A stretch of 64,000 nt of DNA from Macrostomum lignano (Eukaryota). A program made the position numbers and the translations under genes. The notes beneath the pieces were generated by a model. The model ran no database searches. It was not told the origin of the DNA and saw only the letters and a program-made list of their open reading frames with translations. Below, piece after piece: positions 47,701-59,009 of the stretch (position 1 is the stretch's first letter; each line of letters opens with the position of its first letter). Location of the stretch: NCBI GenBank assembly GCA_002269645.1, contig NIVC01001284.1, forward strand, positions 1 to 64,000, read 5' to 3'.

Positions 47701-50700
47701 CAGTTTTTCGTTTTTCAACTTTGCAATCTTTTGCACAACTTAGCTTTTAGCAATACTTTCCGGCACTTTAACAACACCGGGCCAGTTCTATAAAGCCATC
47801 GTAAGATAAGATCGATCTTAGCTCCTATCTTCGCAGTGCAAAAGTTCTGACGTACAATCAAACTTACGCTACGACAGCTTTATAGTACGACCCTATCGTC
47901 TGCATTTTAGCGATTTCATAGACCTAGGCAATAATAATTGATGGGATAACTAATAGTCAAAGCTACTAATTAATAAAAAGTTGATATTATTAAAAAAATG
48001 TTTGATTAGTCCAGGCACAGGCTACAAATAAATGAAAATTAATTTATTTTATTTTCATCTCCCACGTGCATATACTGAAGCTTGCGAATATTTAATTATT
48101 TATAGCTCGTAGCATCAGCTCAAGAAGTTAAATTTTAGTCTATGGCCATAGACATATTATTATTTTTCGAGCTCTCACTGCTAGAAAAATACACTAATTA
48201 GATAGGGAAAATACAGTTTTTTGAATATTTAAGACCTTTAGAATTGAAGCAGATAAAAGAAATATTAACCATACAATCCTTGGTTGAGTTGCAACTTTTT
48301 GGTGAAAACGCGATCAAAATTGGTCAAGAATTGCAGTCTGTAGAGCATTTTACACGGACAGACAGACAGACATAGATTAGAGATTTAGTATATTGTGAAA
48401 AGAATATTTTTAAAGATTCCTGCCTTTATCTTGCATAGCTCATAGATCGTACCTGAGTCAGTGAGTCACTAAGTGTACATTTGTACATATGGCAACCAAT
48501 CATGACTTTTCACCACTTTGTGGTTCAAATAAATATAGGAGCATACGACAAACATGTTCCAACTGTTATTGAGAGAAATTGATGTTGCATTTAATAACAG
48601 TTAGTAGCAATTAATATGAAGCAAATAGTTTATTTGTTATTTTTTATTTTTTTTGCATGGCTTCTGCTATCCAAATCAGAATGAGAATGAGGTAAGTGGT
48701 GGGAATAAAAAGGAAGAATTTTTTCCACTGTTGTTGCAACCCAATAGCTATGTACTTCATACTTTTTAGATTGAACAGGCGATTTCTAATGTACTGTACT
48801 GCTAAGCTTTCCAATCCCTTTGGACTACCATAGCAGTTCTTAACTTTTTTCTGTCTAGACTTGGAATGCGGAACAACCTAAGGAGCCACATGAAAATATT
48901 TAATTGGATAAAGATATTTTCTAAAAGCAGCTCAAGTCGTGATGCATCTTCTTCTCTCCTCAGTCCATCAACTGCTGCTCCTTCTGAGACTGAAGCGAGT
49001 TAAAGTGAAACAGATCAGTTTAGATCCCATGGCCATAAATACAACCATTTTAATTGTGAACCTGCTTTGCTTACAAGTATGAGCACTAGCCTTCTATTTG
49101 ATACCATTAGCTCAATTAACTCTGAAATAGTTCAAGGACGGTTTCAAATGTTGAGCTCCGATGTAGAAGCAGTCCAATTGGCGGAGACTTCAAATAAGTT
49201 GAAGTATATTTTTCAAAGCGCCGCTAAATGAAGCCCTATGTAAGTCACTGCAAACACTGTCATCTTGTGTTCTTAAAATGAGGGGCTACTGCCATATTCA
49301 AACTCTGCAATCCAGAAAATGTAGTTGTCCTTTTTGGACTATAAAAGTGTCTTGCAAAGTAGCTGGATGCAGTAGAATTTACACTTTCATTATGGAATGG
49401 CTGCCCAAAAGTTTGGAGCAGTGGGATTGTCTTGTCAAGGGAGGTGTTTTTTGCCATGACAATGGCGGCTATCCAACTTTTCAAGGGATTACCTTAGCCG
49501 ATAGATGCTACTGGAAAAGTGCACTCTTTTTGCAAACTGCACTCAAACCAAGTTTGCGACTGAACGAAATATTATTAGAGCCGCACTGCAAAACTTTTGC
49601 GAGACATGCCAACAGCCTACCTGTAAGCTCTGTGGAAAGGAAAAGCCACTAGGTTGGGATAGCCAGATTGAATGGATAAACCTATATACTTGTGTAAAGC
49701 TCTTTGCGTAGCTAAGAAAATGCAGCATTAACTTTTCTGCATCCTGCAGATCAAGTATCTATCATGCCTCTTTTGGCACCACAAAATCTATTGGAACAGA
49801 AGCAAAAATGTCACCGTGTGTGCAATGTGCTATGCCATTGACAAGTAAACTTGGAAATGCAGATCATAGAAGCCACTGTGCTTGTAATAATTTTTCCTAA
49901 TGCCCTAACAATGCACCTAATTTGCTTACTTGCACAATTGCTTAATACTTGTAATAATTATTAATAATTATAATAATATAGAATAATGTTTTGATCATAA
50001 TACTGCATAATTTACAAAAATCAAAAAAATAATTGTCTTAAGCATTTTACAATACACTTGTACATTAGCAAGGCTCTATGCTATGGACAATATGGTTAAT
50101 AAATTGAAAAGTAGGCAAGCGTCTGAACAAATATTGATTAAAAATCAGTGAAGTTTAGACATGACTAGAATTTGACAAGATTCTAATGAAAAACAAGGAC
50201 ATGGCAGCTGCACAGATATTGATAAAAAATCAGTGAAATTTCTTAATGTGAGTTTGCGCAAAGCAATGCTTAGTGTTGAATATCTCAACATCAAAGCTGT
50301 CTTTTGCGACACCTGACATGTTATTTTAAAGCTGAGACATACATAAAGAATAAATCAAAGCATTTTTTAATCCAGTACCTGCTTTTAGGCTGCAATATCT
50401 AACCAGAGTGTTGCTAAGCAATTTTTAAATTAATGTAGGCCTATATCAGAAATATTTTTACTTCAGTTAATAAATTAAAGCTTATTTGATACCTAACACT
50501 TGCGTAAGTATTTGTCAAAAAGATGGTTGAAGCGGGTCAATTTTGTTTAAAGTTAAAGATGATTGTTTGAATGTCTGTCTGAATATCTGTCATGAAACCC
50601 TCATATATACAAACTATGGACATATGATAGGATAAGAATCTAAGAATAGAATAGAATAGAATCTTGAAATGGCAATTGATATAATTTCATTTCAATAAAA

Positions 50701-51017
50701 AAACTATTTAAGTAATTCAAACAAAAAATTAAAAACACTTTTAATAATGCCAATGAAACATAGGCCTACCTTTTATTTGAGATGAAAGATTTTTGAAAAT
50801 TAGAATTAGTCTTTATTGTTTGAAAATTAATTGCTTCTATACAAAACAGCTTTAAAATTTGCTTTGCAAGAATATCTAAGCGAACTTTTTCTATCTTTTT
50901 TTCAACTAACACTATTGTTGAATTTGACTCTAATTTAAAACTAAACATTGTGTCTGATGTTTGTGCAATACTTGATTCAGTCTGCTCGGAATCACATGTT
51001 GATGATGTTGATGTCAT
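35760..51017 (-). CDS. POLM: X-family DNA polymerase, Pol mu/TdT branch (BRCT + 8-kDa + HhH + palm + thumb), 7 exons, 617 aa
   Basis: Exons 51017-50770, 40965-40785, 40694-40572, 39727-39276, 39053-38483, 38241-38050 and 35846-35760 total 1854 nt; all introns are GT-AG with matching phases. Motifs: IVLVEKKI (BRCT), CQMRCPLEHHN, YGVG, GGFSRGKSTGHDCDLLIT, LDHFEK, RRVDL, LLGWTG, TSHGLFD, SEEEIFQHLGLDYIPP. Confidence 0.92.
35935..36720. repeat. 21-bp pyrimidine-rich minisatellite (CCTTCATCTCTGCTACCCCTC)n in the last polymerase intron
   Basis: Direct reading; it explains the AEMKGGV and PPFISAT ORFs. Confidence 0.95.
37440..37965. repeat. 21-bp minisatellite (CCATCCTCTCTACCCTTTAGT)n with a degenerate tail
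   Basis: Direct reading; it explains the SPSSLPF and GREDGLK ORFs. Confidence 0.95.
39795..40522. repeat. 21-24-bp minisatellite (AGCAACTGAGGATCTGGGAGGCTGG(TGG)CC)n filling polymerase intron 3
   Basis: Occupies most of the intron 39728-40571. Confidence 0.95.
43174..43912. mobile_element. Decayed Tc1/mariner-like non-autonomous element with nested inverted repeats
   Basis: TGCGAGGGGTGTCCCAAAAGTTGGTGCACTTTCTTCACTACAGCCTTTTCT at 43174 is the reverse complement of 43853-43912 (TACAAGTGGTGTCCC... on the minus strand). 43232-43298 also pairs with 43530-43594. Confidence 0.6.
44205..44470. repeat. Purine-rich (GA) low-complexity tract
   Basis: Almost only A and G on the + strand. Confidence 0.9.
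46505..47485. repeat. About 30-bp minisatellite (CCCCAGTAAGCCTTGACATCTCAGCAATT)n in two blocks, 46505-46630 and 46795-47485
   Basis: Direct reading; it explains the LDISEIP-type ORFs. Confidence 0.93.
47779..47893. mobile_element. About 115-bp short TIR element (same family as 13303-13420)
   Basis: TIR GGGCCAGTTCTATAAAGC / GCTTTATAGTACGACCC. Confidence 0.6.
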
Positions 51018-52544
51018 TTTTATAAAAAATATAGCAGACTATACCTTGGCCTAATAAACTACACTATCATACAAACAAAAAATGAGCAAATTGGTGTATT
51101 TTATATCTAGGCCTAGAGTAGATAGGACAAAATAACTCCAAAACTACAATACACGTGCACGTCTTAAGAAGACGTTATCATATATATTCAGAAGCCCTGT
51201 CCTACGAGGACAACTGGTTTAAATCCATGAATTTAGGACTTTAATCATAATACGTGGACTGTCTGTCTAAATATCAGTCGAGAAACCCACCTATAAATTA
51301 TTTGAATAACTGAATAATAATGTTCAAGTATTCATCATCTTAAGCCGTAAACTAAATCAAGTTTTCATTTGAATGCGCCTAAAATTTGCGAGTTGTACAG
51401 ATAATGTGAGAAAAAACAAAATAAAAGGCACAGCCTTTTAATAAAAAATACTAAAAATAAATTAAAGCTTTCACTAGTAATATTTTATGAATCTCCATTT
51501 ATAGAAATGAAAATTCTCTATCTGTGTGTTAAGGGTGTGTGTATGTACAATTTTGTTCACTTTGGACTCCCAAGCCACTCAACCAAATTACTTACCAAAT
51601 TTTTCACCACCACCCGAAACTTACTAGGGAGAATGTCTTAGGATACTTTAAAATTTCCTAAACTCAAGTCTTCCAACCAGCAGAAAGTACAAAAAACTGC
51701 CAAAAGCGCTTTTTTCGATAAATCAACAATAGCGTTGCTCCACTTTCACAAATCCTATTCAAATTTACCAATCAGAAACTATTTTGACACAAGTTAATTT
51801 GCTCAACGGGAAGCGATTGACTTCAAACTTTGACATAATTCTTCATCGACTTTTTTTCCGTCTGAATGTATAAATTCTCAACTCTGCAACTCAAATCAGG
51901 ACGGAAACTGTACGTGTATGAAGTTTGTGAGCTTTTTTGTTGTCTGTGCCGCCCACTCAGTCCCCCCAGACCATGATGAGGGTCAGGCTACAATATGGCT
52001 GCTGAGTGTACATAGCAATGTGCATAAATGACTTAATGTAGCCTTCTCTGCACCCCTGTATACGTTTTATATCCATGACAGTTGGTGAGAAATTCTAACC
52101 ACTGTCGTCTGATCTGTATATACGTTGATGAGGATCGATTCGATTCTGTGGATCGAAAGATTTTTACAAAAGCGATGCAAAGCAATACAACCTTACTATA
52201 AATTTAATGGATCACACCATGGAAACTTAGCATTTTAATTTTACTTAAAGGCACCTGGGAATATATAATTTCTTCCAAAGTAATAATGCGCATTATTACT
52301 TTAATGCTTAGTTATTCAGCTGCATGGAGATAGCTCTCGTACACAATTCCTCTCGGGCTGCAAATTGGCCAGAGATTATGTGATCAAGCAGTCAGCAAAC
52401 GCAACATCCGACGGAATGAACAACCATGACTGTCCATGAGAGTCTAGATGTATATCCCAAAAACTGGTTTTTGAAGCAGGAGTAGTGGTCTGCAGACGCA
52501 GGTCGACTTTTACCGCATTTTCAGAAAGAATCCAGCTCATGGCT

Positions 52545-53215
52545 GCATGGATGAGAGTGAAAAGGAGAAGGAATAGAAGAGTAGAGAAGAGAGGAGAGGC
52601 GAAATATATGATGTGAGAATAGATCGAAGAGTAAAGGAGAGAAGAGGGCCGGATCGTGAGGAGAGAGAGGATAGAAGGAAAGAGGAGGGAAAAGGAGAGA
52701 GAGAAGAGGAAAGAGATAAGCGAGAGAGAATGAACAAAAGAGGGGAGAGGGAGAAGAGGGGAGAAGAAGGGCTGTGAGAAGAAAGGCGAGAGAGAAGGAG
52801 GGGAGACAGGAAAGGGAAAGAAGAAAGAGATCGAGGAGAGAGAAGAGGGGAGAGAGAAGCGAGAATAGATGAGATGGGGAGAGAGGAGAGAGAGGAGAGA
52901 GAGAGGAGGGGAGAGAAAGAGGGGCGACAGGGAAGAGAAAGAAAGTGAGTAGAAATGAGAGAGGAGAGAGAGCATGCAGACGGGAGACGAGAGATGAGAG
53001 AAGAGAAGAGGAGTAAAAGGAGGGGAGTGAAAAGAGAGAACAGTTAAGAGAGGAGAGGGATGAGAGGAGAAAGCAGAGAGAAAAGAGGGGAAATGAGAAG
53101 AGAGGAGCGGAAAAAGGGAAAGAGGAGAGGAGAGATATAAGAGTAGAGATGACAGATGCCAGAGGGGGAGGAAAGAGGAGAAAGTTTCAAAGGACCCTTG
53201 AAGGGGACGGAGAGA
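52545..53215. repeat. Purine-rich (GA) low-complexity tract
   Basis: GA-rich on the + strand; the 199-aa S/L/F/P ORF is a by-product. Confidence 0.9.
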
Positions 53216-54159
53216 GGCAGAAGCCAGAGATCAGAGAGTCTGCCAATGCATGCTTTAGACAGATGTTACCTGCTGTAATGTATTCCTGTGGCAATCCCAA
53301 CCAGCAAGATCAATGCTAGCTTGTCTCAAATTCTTCAAGGATTTTATCATAAATTTACCCTATTTTTATTTACCGCTATCCTAAGTATTACTGTAACAAG
53401 TTTTTGTTTGAGTAGCTATGTCATCAGATTTAGGAATGTATGCAAAAAAGTTCTTGGGACTGCTGGAATTCGATCAGCGGGAATTCAAAATCCAACTTCA
53501 AAAAGTTTCAACAACTTGTATAGTTAGTATGTAAGATTCTTGTGTTAATTTTTTATGGCCATACCAGCGTATAGCAGTAGTTTGCTGTCTAACAGGAGTT
53601 TTTAAAAGTCGTAGATGAATTTACAAAGGAAAACTGTCTAAGGTAAATATGGACCATATTTTGACTCCCATACAATTATCCTCTTACAAATTAAAGGGGT
53701 AAGGCTTGAATAAAACTAACTTTCATAACTCAGCATTGGCGATGATCACTAATTTATACCATATCCCTACACGTACCACTACATGTCATGTAATATTATG
53801 AGCTTTGGAATACCATCAAGTTGTGGTTTTCGCCACTTTTTATAACAATAGGATTTTTATTCCCCTAACGACCTGCGCAATTTTTTTAGAAGCCAGAAAA
53901 ATATACATAAAACCACAACATTCTCTTACATGTGCAAGCAATCACAGATTTTAACTGAAGTGAAACGTTATCACTCGAATAGATCGATATTAATTCTTAG
54001 AAAGTGAGCTGCACAGGTCGGTGAGCTGGAGGAACGCACGTGCATGTACAGTATGTACGCGGTGTATGCGTCACATAGCTAGAACATTTACACGTGATAC
54101 GCTCTCAAGAAATCGCATTCTTCTAGAGCGAATTGGTTCTCCACCTGCTCGACTGTCAC

Positions 54160-55440
54160 GCCAAAATGAGTGCCACCAGCATCCAAAAAGAGTGCCTGCG
54201 GGGCTTAAATGAGTGCCTGCGGCGCTAAAATGAGTGCCTGCGGGGCTAAAATGAGTGCCTGCGGCGCTAAAATGAGTGCCTGGTGGGCTAAAATGAGTGC
54301 CTGAGGAGCTAAAATGAGTGCCTGCGGCGCTAAAATGAGTGCCTGCGGCGCTAAAATGAGTGCCTGCGGGGCTAAAATGAGTGCCTGCGGCGCTTAAATG
54401 AGTGCCTGCGGCGCTAAAATGAGTGCCTGCGGCGCTAAAATGAGTGCCTGCGGCGCTAAAATGAGTGCCTGCGGCGCTAAAATGAGTGCCTGGTGGGCTA
54501 AAATGAGTGCCTGAGGAGCTAAAATGAGTGCCTGCGGCGCTAAAATGAGTGCCTGCGGCGCTAAAATGAGTGCCTGCGGGGCTAAAATGAGTGCCTGCGG
54601 CGCTAAAATGAGTGCCTGCGGCGCTAAAATGAGTGCCTGCAGCGCTAAAATGAGTGCCTGAGGCGCTAAAATGAGTGCCTGCAGCGCTAAAATGAGTGCC
54701 TGCAGCGCTAAAATGAGTGCCTGCAGCGCTAAAATGAGTGCCTGCGGCGCTAAAATGAGTGCCTGCGGCGCTAAAATGAGTGCCTGCGGCGCTAAAATGA
54801 GTGCCTGCGGCGCTAAAATGAGTGCCTGGTGGGCTAAAATGAGTGCCTGAGGCGCTAAAAGGAGTGCCTGCAGCGCTAAAATGAGTGCCTGCGGCGCTAA
54901 AATGAGTGCCTGAGGCGCTAAAAGGAGTGCCTGCAGCGCTAAAATGAGTGACTGCGGCGCTAAAATGAGTGCCTGCAGCGCTAAAATGAGTGCCTGCGGT
55001 GCTAAAATGAGTGCCTGCAGCGCTAAAATGAGTGCCTGCGGCGCTAAAATGAGTGCCTGAGGCGCTAAAATGAGTGCCTGCAGCGCTAAAATGAGTGCCT
55101 GCAGCGCTAAAACGAGTGCCTGCAGCGCTAAAATGAGTGCCTGCGGCGCTAAAATGAGTGCCTGAGGCGCTAAAAGGAGTGCCTGCAGCGCTAAAATGAG
55201 TGCCTGCGGTGCTAAAATGAGTGCCTGCGGCGCTAAAATGAGTGCCTGCGGTGCTAAAATGAGTGCCTGCGGCGCTAAAATGAGTGCCTGAGGCGCTAAA
55301 AGGAGTGCCTGCAGCGCTAAAATGAGTGCCTGCGGTGCTAAAATGAGTGCCTGCAGCGCTAAAATGAGTGCCTGCGGCGCTAAAAGGAGTGCCTGCAGTG
55401 CTAAAATGAGTGCCTGCAGGGGTGCCAAAATGAGTGCCTC
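54160..55440. repeat. 21-bp minisatellite (GCTAAAATGAGTGCCTGCGGC)n, about 60 units
   Basis: Contiguous units with no unique spacers; the 500-aa and 344-aa ORFs are the repeat read in stop-free frames. Confidence 0.97.
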
Positions 55441-55699
55441 GCAGCAGTATATTATGTGCTTGGTTGGAAGAAATACATATGTAAGCGTAGATGAAAAACA
55501 GACTAATTACAATTATATATACTGGCATTCTATTCGATACTCTACTGACAGTAGAAATATAGGGAAAATACACTAAGAAACTAGTCTATAAAATATGTAT
55601 AATATGTCTTGTTCCAATATACGCACACAGTGTATGTACTAGTTAAATTTCGGTCGAAACTCCAACCACAGTTTTCCCACGCAATAAAATTTCACCCAA

Positions 55700-58600
55700 C
55701 TGAATCCCCCGTATAAAGAATCCCTCATCCAAAGAATCCCTCATCCAAAGAATCCCCCACCCAAAGAATCCCCCATCCAACAATGAATCCCCATCCAACC
55801 CTAGATGAAGTTCTGTTTACTCATTCTTGGCAGATCTGTTCTTACTTAAATTTCTTAGCAGATCTGTGAATTTTGGTTAACACATTCTTAACAGATCTGT
55901 TCTTACTTAAATCTCTTAGCAGATCTGTATCTGCTTTTGTCTTACAAGATCTTACAAATCTTTGCAAGCCATTTTTTATTGTTTAGTACGTAGAAAACAT
56001 TCGTGATTTTTAGAAAATACTTATTAGGTAAAGAGAAAACAAAATTTCCAACTGTATATCAGAAAAAAGACTTTCGTATATTTTCACATTTCTCTGCTGG
56101 ATCTTGTCAGATCAGTTCTTGCAGATCTGTACAGACCAGTTTTGAAAAGTGTCTGAATTGTTTTTTTCCACAAAATATTTAACATAACAGTAATTACGTT
56201 TTTTTAATGATTTGTATTTATTTTAGTTGTTCTTCTGGCAGCCAACAGTAAATGAATTTGTTTAAATATTCTCTCCGCAGTTCTGAACATAGTTGACCCT
56301 TATAGTTTGAATTCTCGCTCTTGCAATTTATCCATCCATCTTGCAGACTTTCTTTCTTTTGACTTAGCCGAATACGTAATTTTTAATTCCTTAAATTGTT
56401 TCATAGTGTTGTATCACTATTTTTTACTTTTTTAGCCATAATAACTTTTTTGATTGAGTATAGGCCTAGCATGGCTTTAAATGAAGAGCAGATCGCGTCA
56501 TCAATAAAAAAAATTTGACATAATTGACAGACTGACTATAAAATGTATGCTATATATCTATATCATATATATATCTAGGCTTGTCTCCTACTACTCCCAG
56601 GCCTATAAGTATGAGTAGGCCTAGGCCTATGACTATGACTTTGTTCTATGCTTTAATAGAAATAGAATGCATGTCTAGACCTAGGCCTAGTGTCGTAGTG
56701 ATGTTGTCCATTAATAATTCATTAATCCATTAATAATTCAGAAATTCAGTTACATAGATCAGTATTTTTTGTAGTCTTCTGCATTTCATTATATTATATT
56801 TATATATACATACCTAGTTCTAGCCCCTAGGCTAGGGCTAGGCTAGTTCTAGTGACCTAGCTAGCTAGTAAGTAAATCTTAATTAAATAGGTCTATTCTG
56901 TTTTTTTTATATGCTTATCTAGATTTATAAATAGGTAGTTTGACATATCTGTAAAACTTGGTTTTAATCCCTCCTTGATTTTAAACACTTAGGTTAAGAC
57001 TGTAATGTCTATTTTTAGTAAATAGTGTTATAACTCGAGGCTTATCATTTTAATTTTAAAATAAAATAGGCCCTACTCTACTAAAATTGTAATTGCTATA
57101 TAGGGTATAGTTTTTATGAATTAAAATTAAACCTAGATGCTTAAATATAGGCTTATGGTTGTTAGAAAGTTATCTTAAGCCTTGACCTACTATTTGAAGA
57201 ATATAGATAGGCATAGCAAAATCTAAAAGTATTTATACTAGATAGGCCTAGGCCTAGATGAATAATATGAAAAATATAGAATAGAAGAAAAACAGGTCTA
57301 AATTTAATTAGACCAAAGGACTTTTACAAAAGTTATTACTCTGACTATTTAAAAACATAACAACTATATTTGTTTTATATTTTAGTTATTTTGAATTGAA
57401 TGTTTAAAATCCTAGAACTTTACAACAATTTTCCCTTTCATTGCAGCTACTTTACATGGTCAATATGGCATCGCTACTTATGGGTTCCAAGCTTGTCTTT
57501 ATACCAAGTGGCAAAGTGGCAAGCATCCTATGATTGCTAAAAGAAAAAATGAAGCCAGCCTAAAGTAAAAATGCAACATGATAAAGAGCCCTAAAGTATT
57601 ACTAAGAGCTCTTATAGACCTACTTTTATTGATAACAAAGTAAGCTTTCTAGCAATATTGACTTTAAAATCTTTCAGTACTGGACTCTTTCAGTTTCAAT
57701 TATTTGCAAACCAATTTAATTGTACATTGTAGTAAAAGATGCACCTGGTTTTTTTCAAATGTTTCTGCTTCTATTTTTTAGTTTCTAAAAGTATTGCTCA
57801 CCCTAATTTTATTAGTTCATTGTACCATTAGTATTTTTTCTATTGAATGTGTGCTTAACTTTTGTTTTGAAGTTGACTTATTTTTTGCTTGTGCTATTTC
57901 CCTTGTGCATACAAGTTTTATTTCATGAGCATATATGTGTATTTGTTTACATTTTCAAATCAAATATACAAATAAATATGTCTACTTTATTTTGATTGTT
58001 CAATGACATTTGCTTTTGTTCTGGCAGCTTACTAGCACAATACTAAAAGTGCAGAATCAAATAAGAAAGTCCTGTCATAACTCGTGTTCTTTATTGGAAT
58101 TAAATTAGTGCATTGGGATTTTATAAATGGATTACTAAACAGATCTGGGAAGATTTGATAAGACGGACAATGCATTCAATTGGTAAAGCTTAATACATCT
58201 TACAAGATCTGCCCAGATCTCCTAAGATCTGCTCGTGCAGACCGTGCAAGATCTTCCTGCAGATCTTGTAAGTTCTGCCTATATATTTTAATAGTGCAGA
58301 TCTGTTACGTTCTTGCAAGAACGTAGCGAGAAGCTCCAGACAGATCTGCTAAGAAATGGCATGACGATTTCATCTAGGGAAAGAATCCCTCATCCAAAGA
58401 ATCCCTCAACCACAGATTATCCTATCTAAAGAATCCCTCAACCACAGATTATCCTATCTAAAGAATCCCCATCCAAAGAATCCATCATCCACAGAATCCC
58501 CATCCAAAAAATCCATCATCCACAGAATCCCCATCCAAAGAATCCCCATCCAAAGAATCCCACATCCACAGAATCCCCATCCAAAGAATCTCTCATCCAC

Positions 58601-58955
58601 AGATTATCCTATCCAAAGAATCCCCATCCAAAGAATCCCTCATCTAAATAATCCCTTAACCACATATTATCCTATCCAAAGAATCCCCATCCAAAGAATC
58701 CCACATCCACAGAATCCCCATCCAAAGAATCTCTCATCCACAGATTCACAAAAAATCCCCATCCAAAGAATCCAGTCTAAAGAATCCCTCAACCACATAT
58801 TATCCTATCCAAAGAATCCCCATCCAAAGAATCCCTCATCCACAGAATCCCCTGTCCAAAGAATCCCCCATCCATCCCTATCCAAAGAATCTCCCCATTC
58901 ATCCCTATCCAAATAATCCCCATCCAAAGAAGCCAAAGAATTCCCCTCCAAAGAA
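55700..58955. repeat. (AAAGAATCCCCATCC)n minisatellite split by a transposon (arms 55700-55798 and 58380-58955)
   Basis: The same 14-15-bp unit occurs on both sides of the insertion. Confidence 0.9.
55799..58379. mobile_element. 2.58-kb non-autonomous DNA transposon, probably CMC/EnSpm-like
   Basis: TIR CCCTAGATGAA / TTCATCTAGGG. The host repeat CCATCCAAAGAATCC becomes CCATCCAA|element|AAAGAATCC, implying a 2-bp TSD (AA). Many subterminal AGATCT-centred repeats at both ends; AT-rich, ORF-free interior. Confidence 0.7.
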
Positions 58956-59009
58956 TCTATGTATGTGTGTTCAACAACAATATAAAGGGTTGCATGTACG
59001 GTATTAGGT

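Larger units (their letters stand above)
45749..50606. mobile_element. 4.86-kb Mutator-like (MULE-type) element with TIRs of about 480 bp and a 9-bp TSD, inside polymerase intron 1
   Basis: 45749-46230 is an imperfect reverse complement of 50155-50606 (termini ATGTGAGGGTTTCACGACAG / ATATGAGGGTTTCATGACAG). TSD ATACAAACT at 45740-45748 and 50607-50615. No intact transposase ORF seen. Confidence 0.75.

Noticed and set aside
51460-51900. Possible Helitron/Helentron-type non-autonomous repeat upstream of the polymerase
   Set aside because: Only a general resemblance (TGTGTGTATGTA, ACCAAATTT motifs); I could not define termini or a second copy.
52370-52550. Non-repetitive tail of ORF 52376-52975 (..SWILSENAVKVDLRL..) as an exon
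   Set aside because: No recognisable domain, start or splice partner; the remainder of the ORF is a GA tract.
54071-55573. 500-aa and 344-aa ORFs, and a CRISPR-like appearance
   Set aside because: Contiguous 21-bp units with no unique spacers, no cas genes and a eukaryotic context; the ORFs are the repeat read in stop-free frames.
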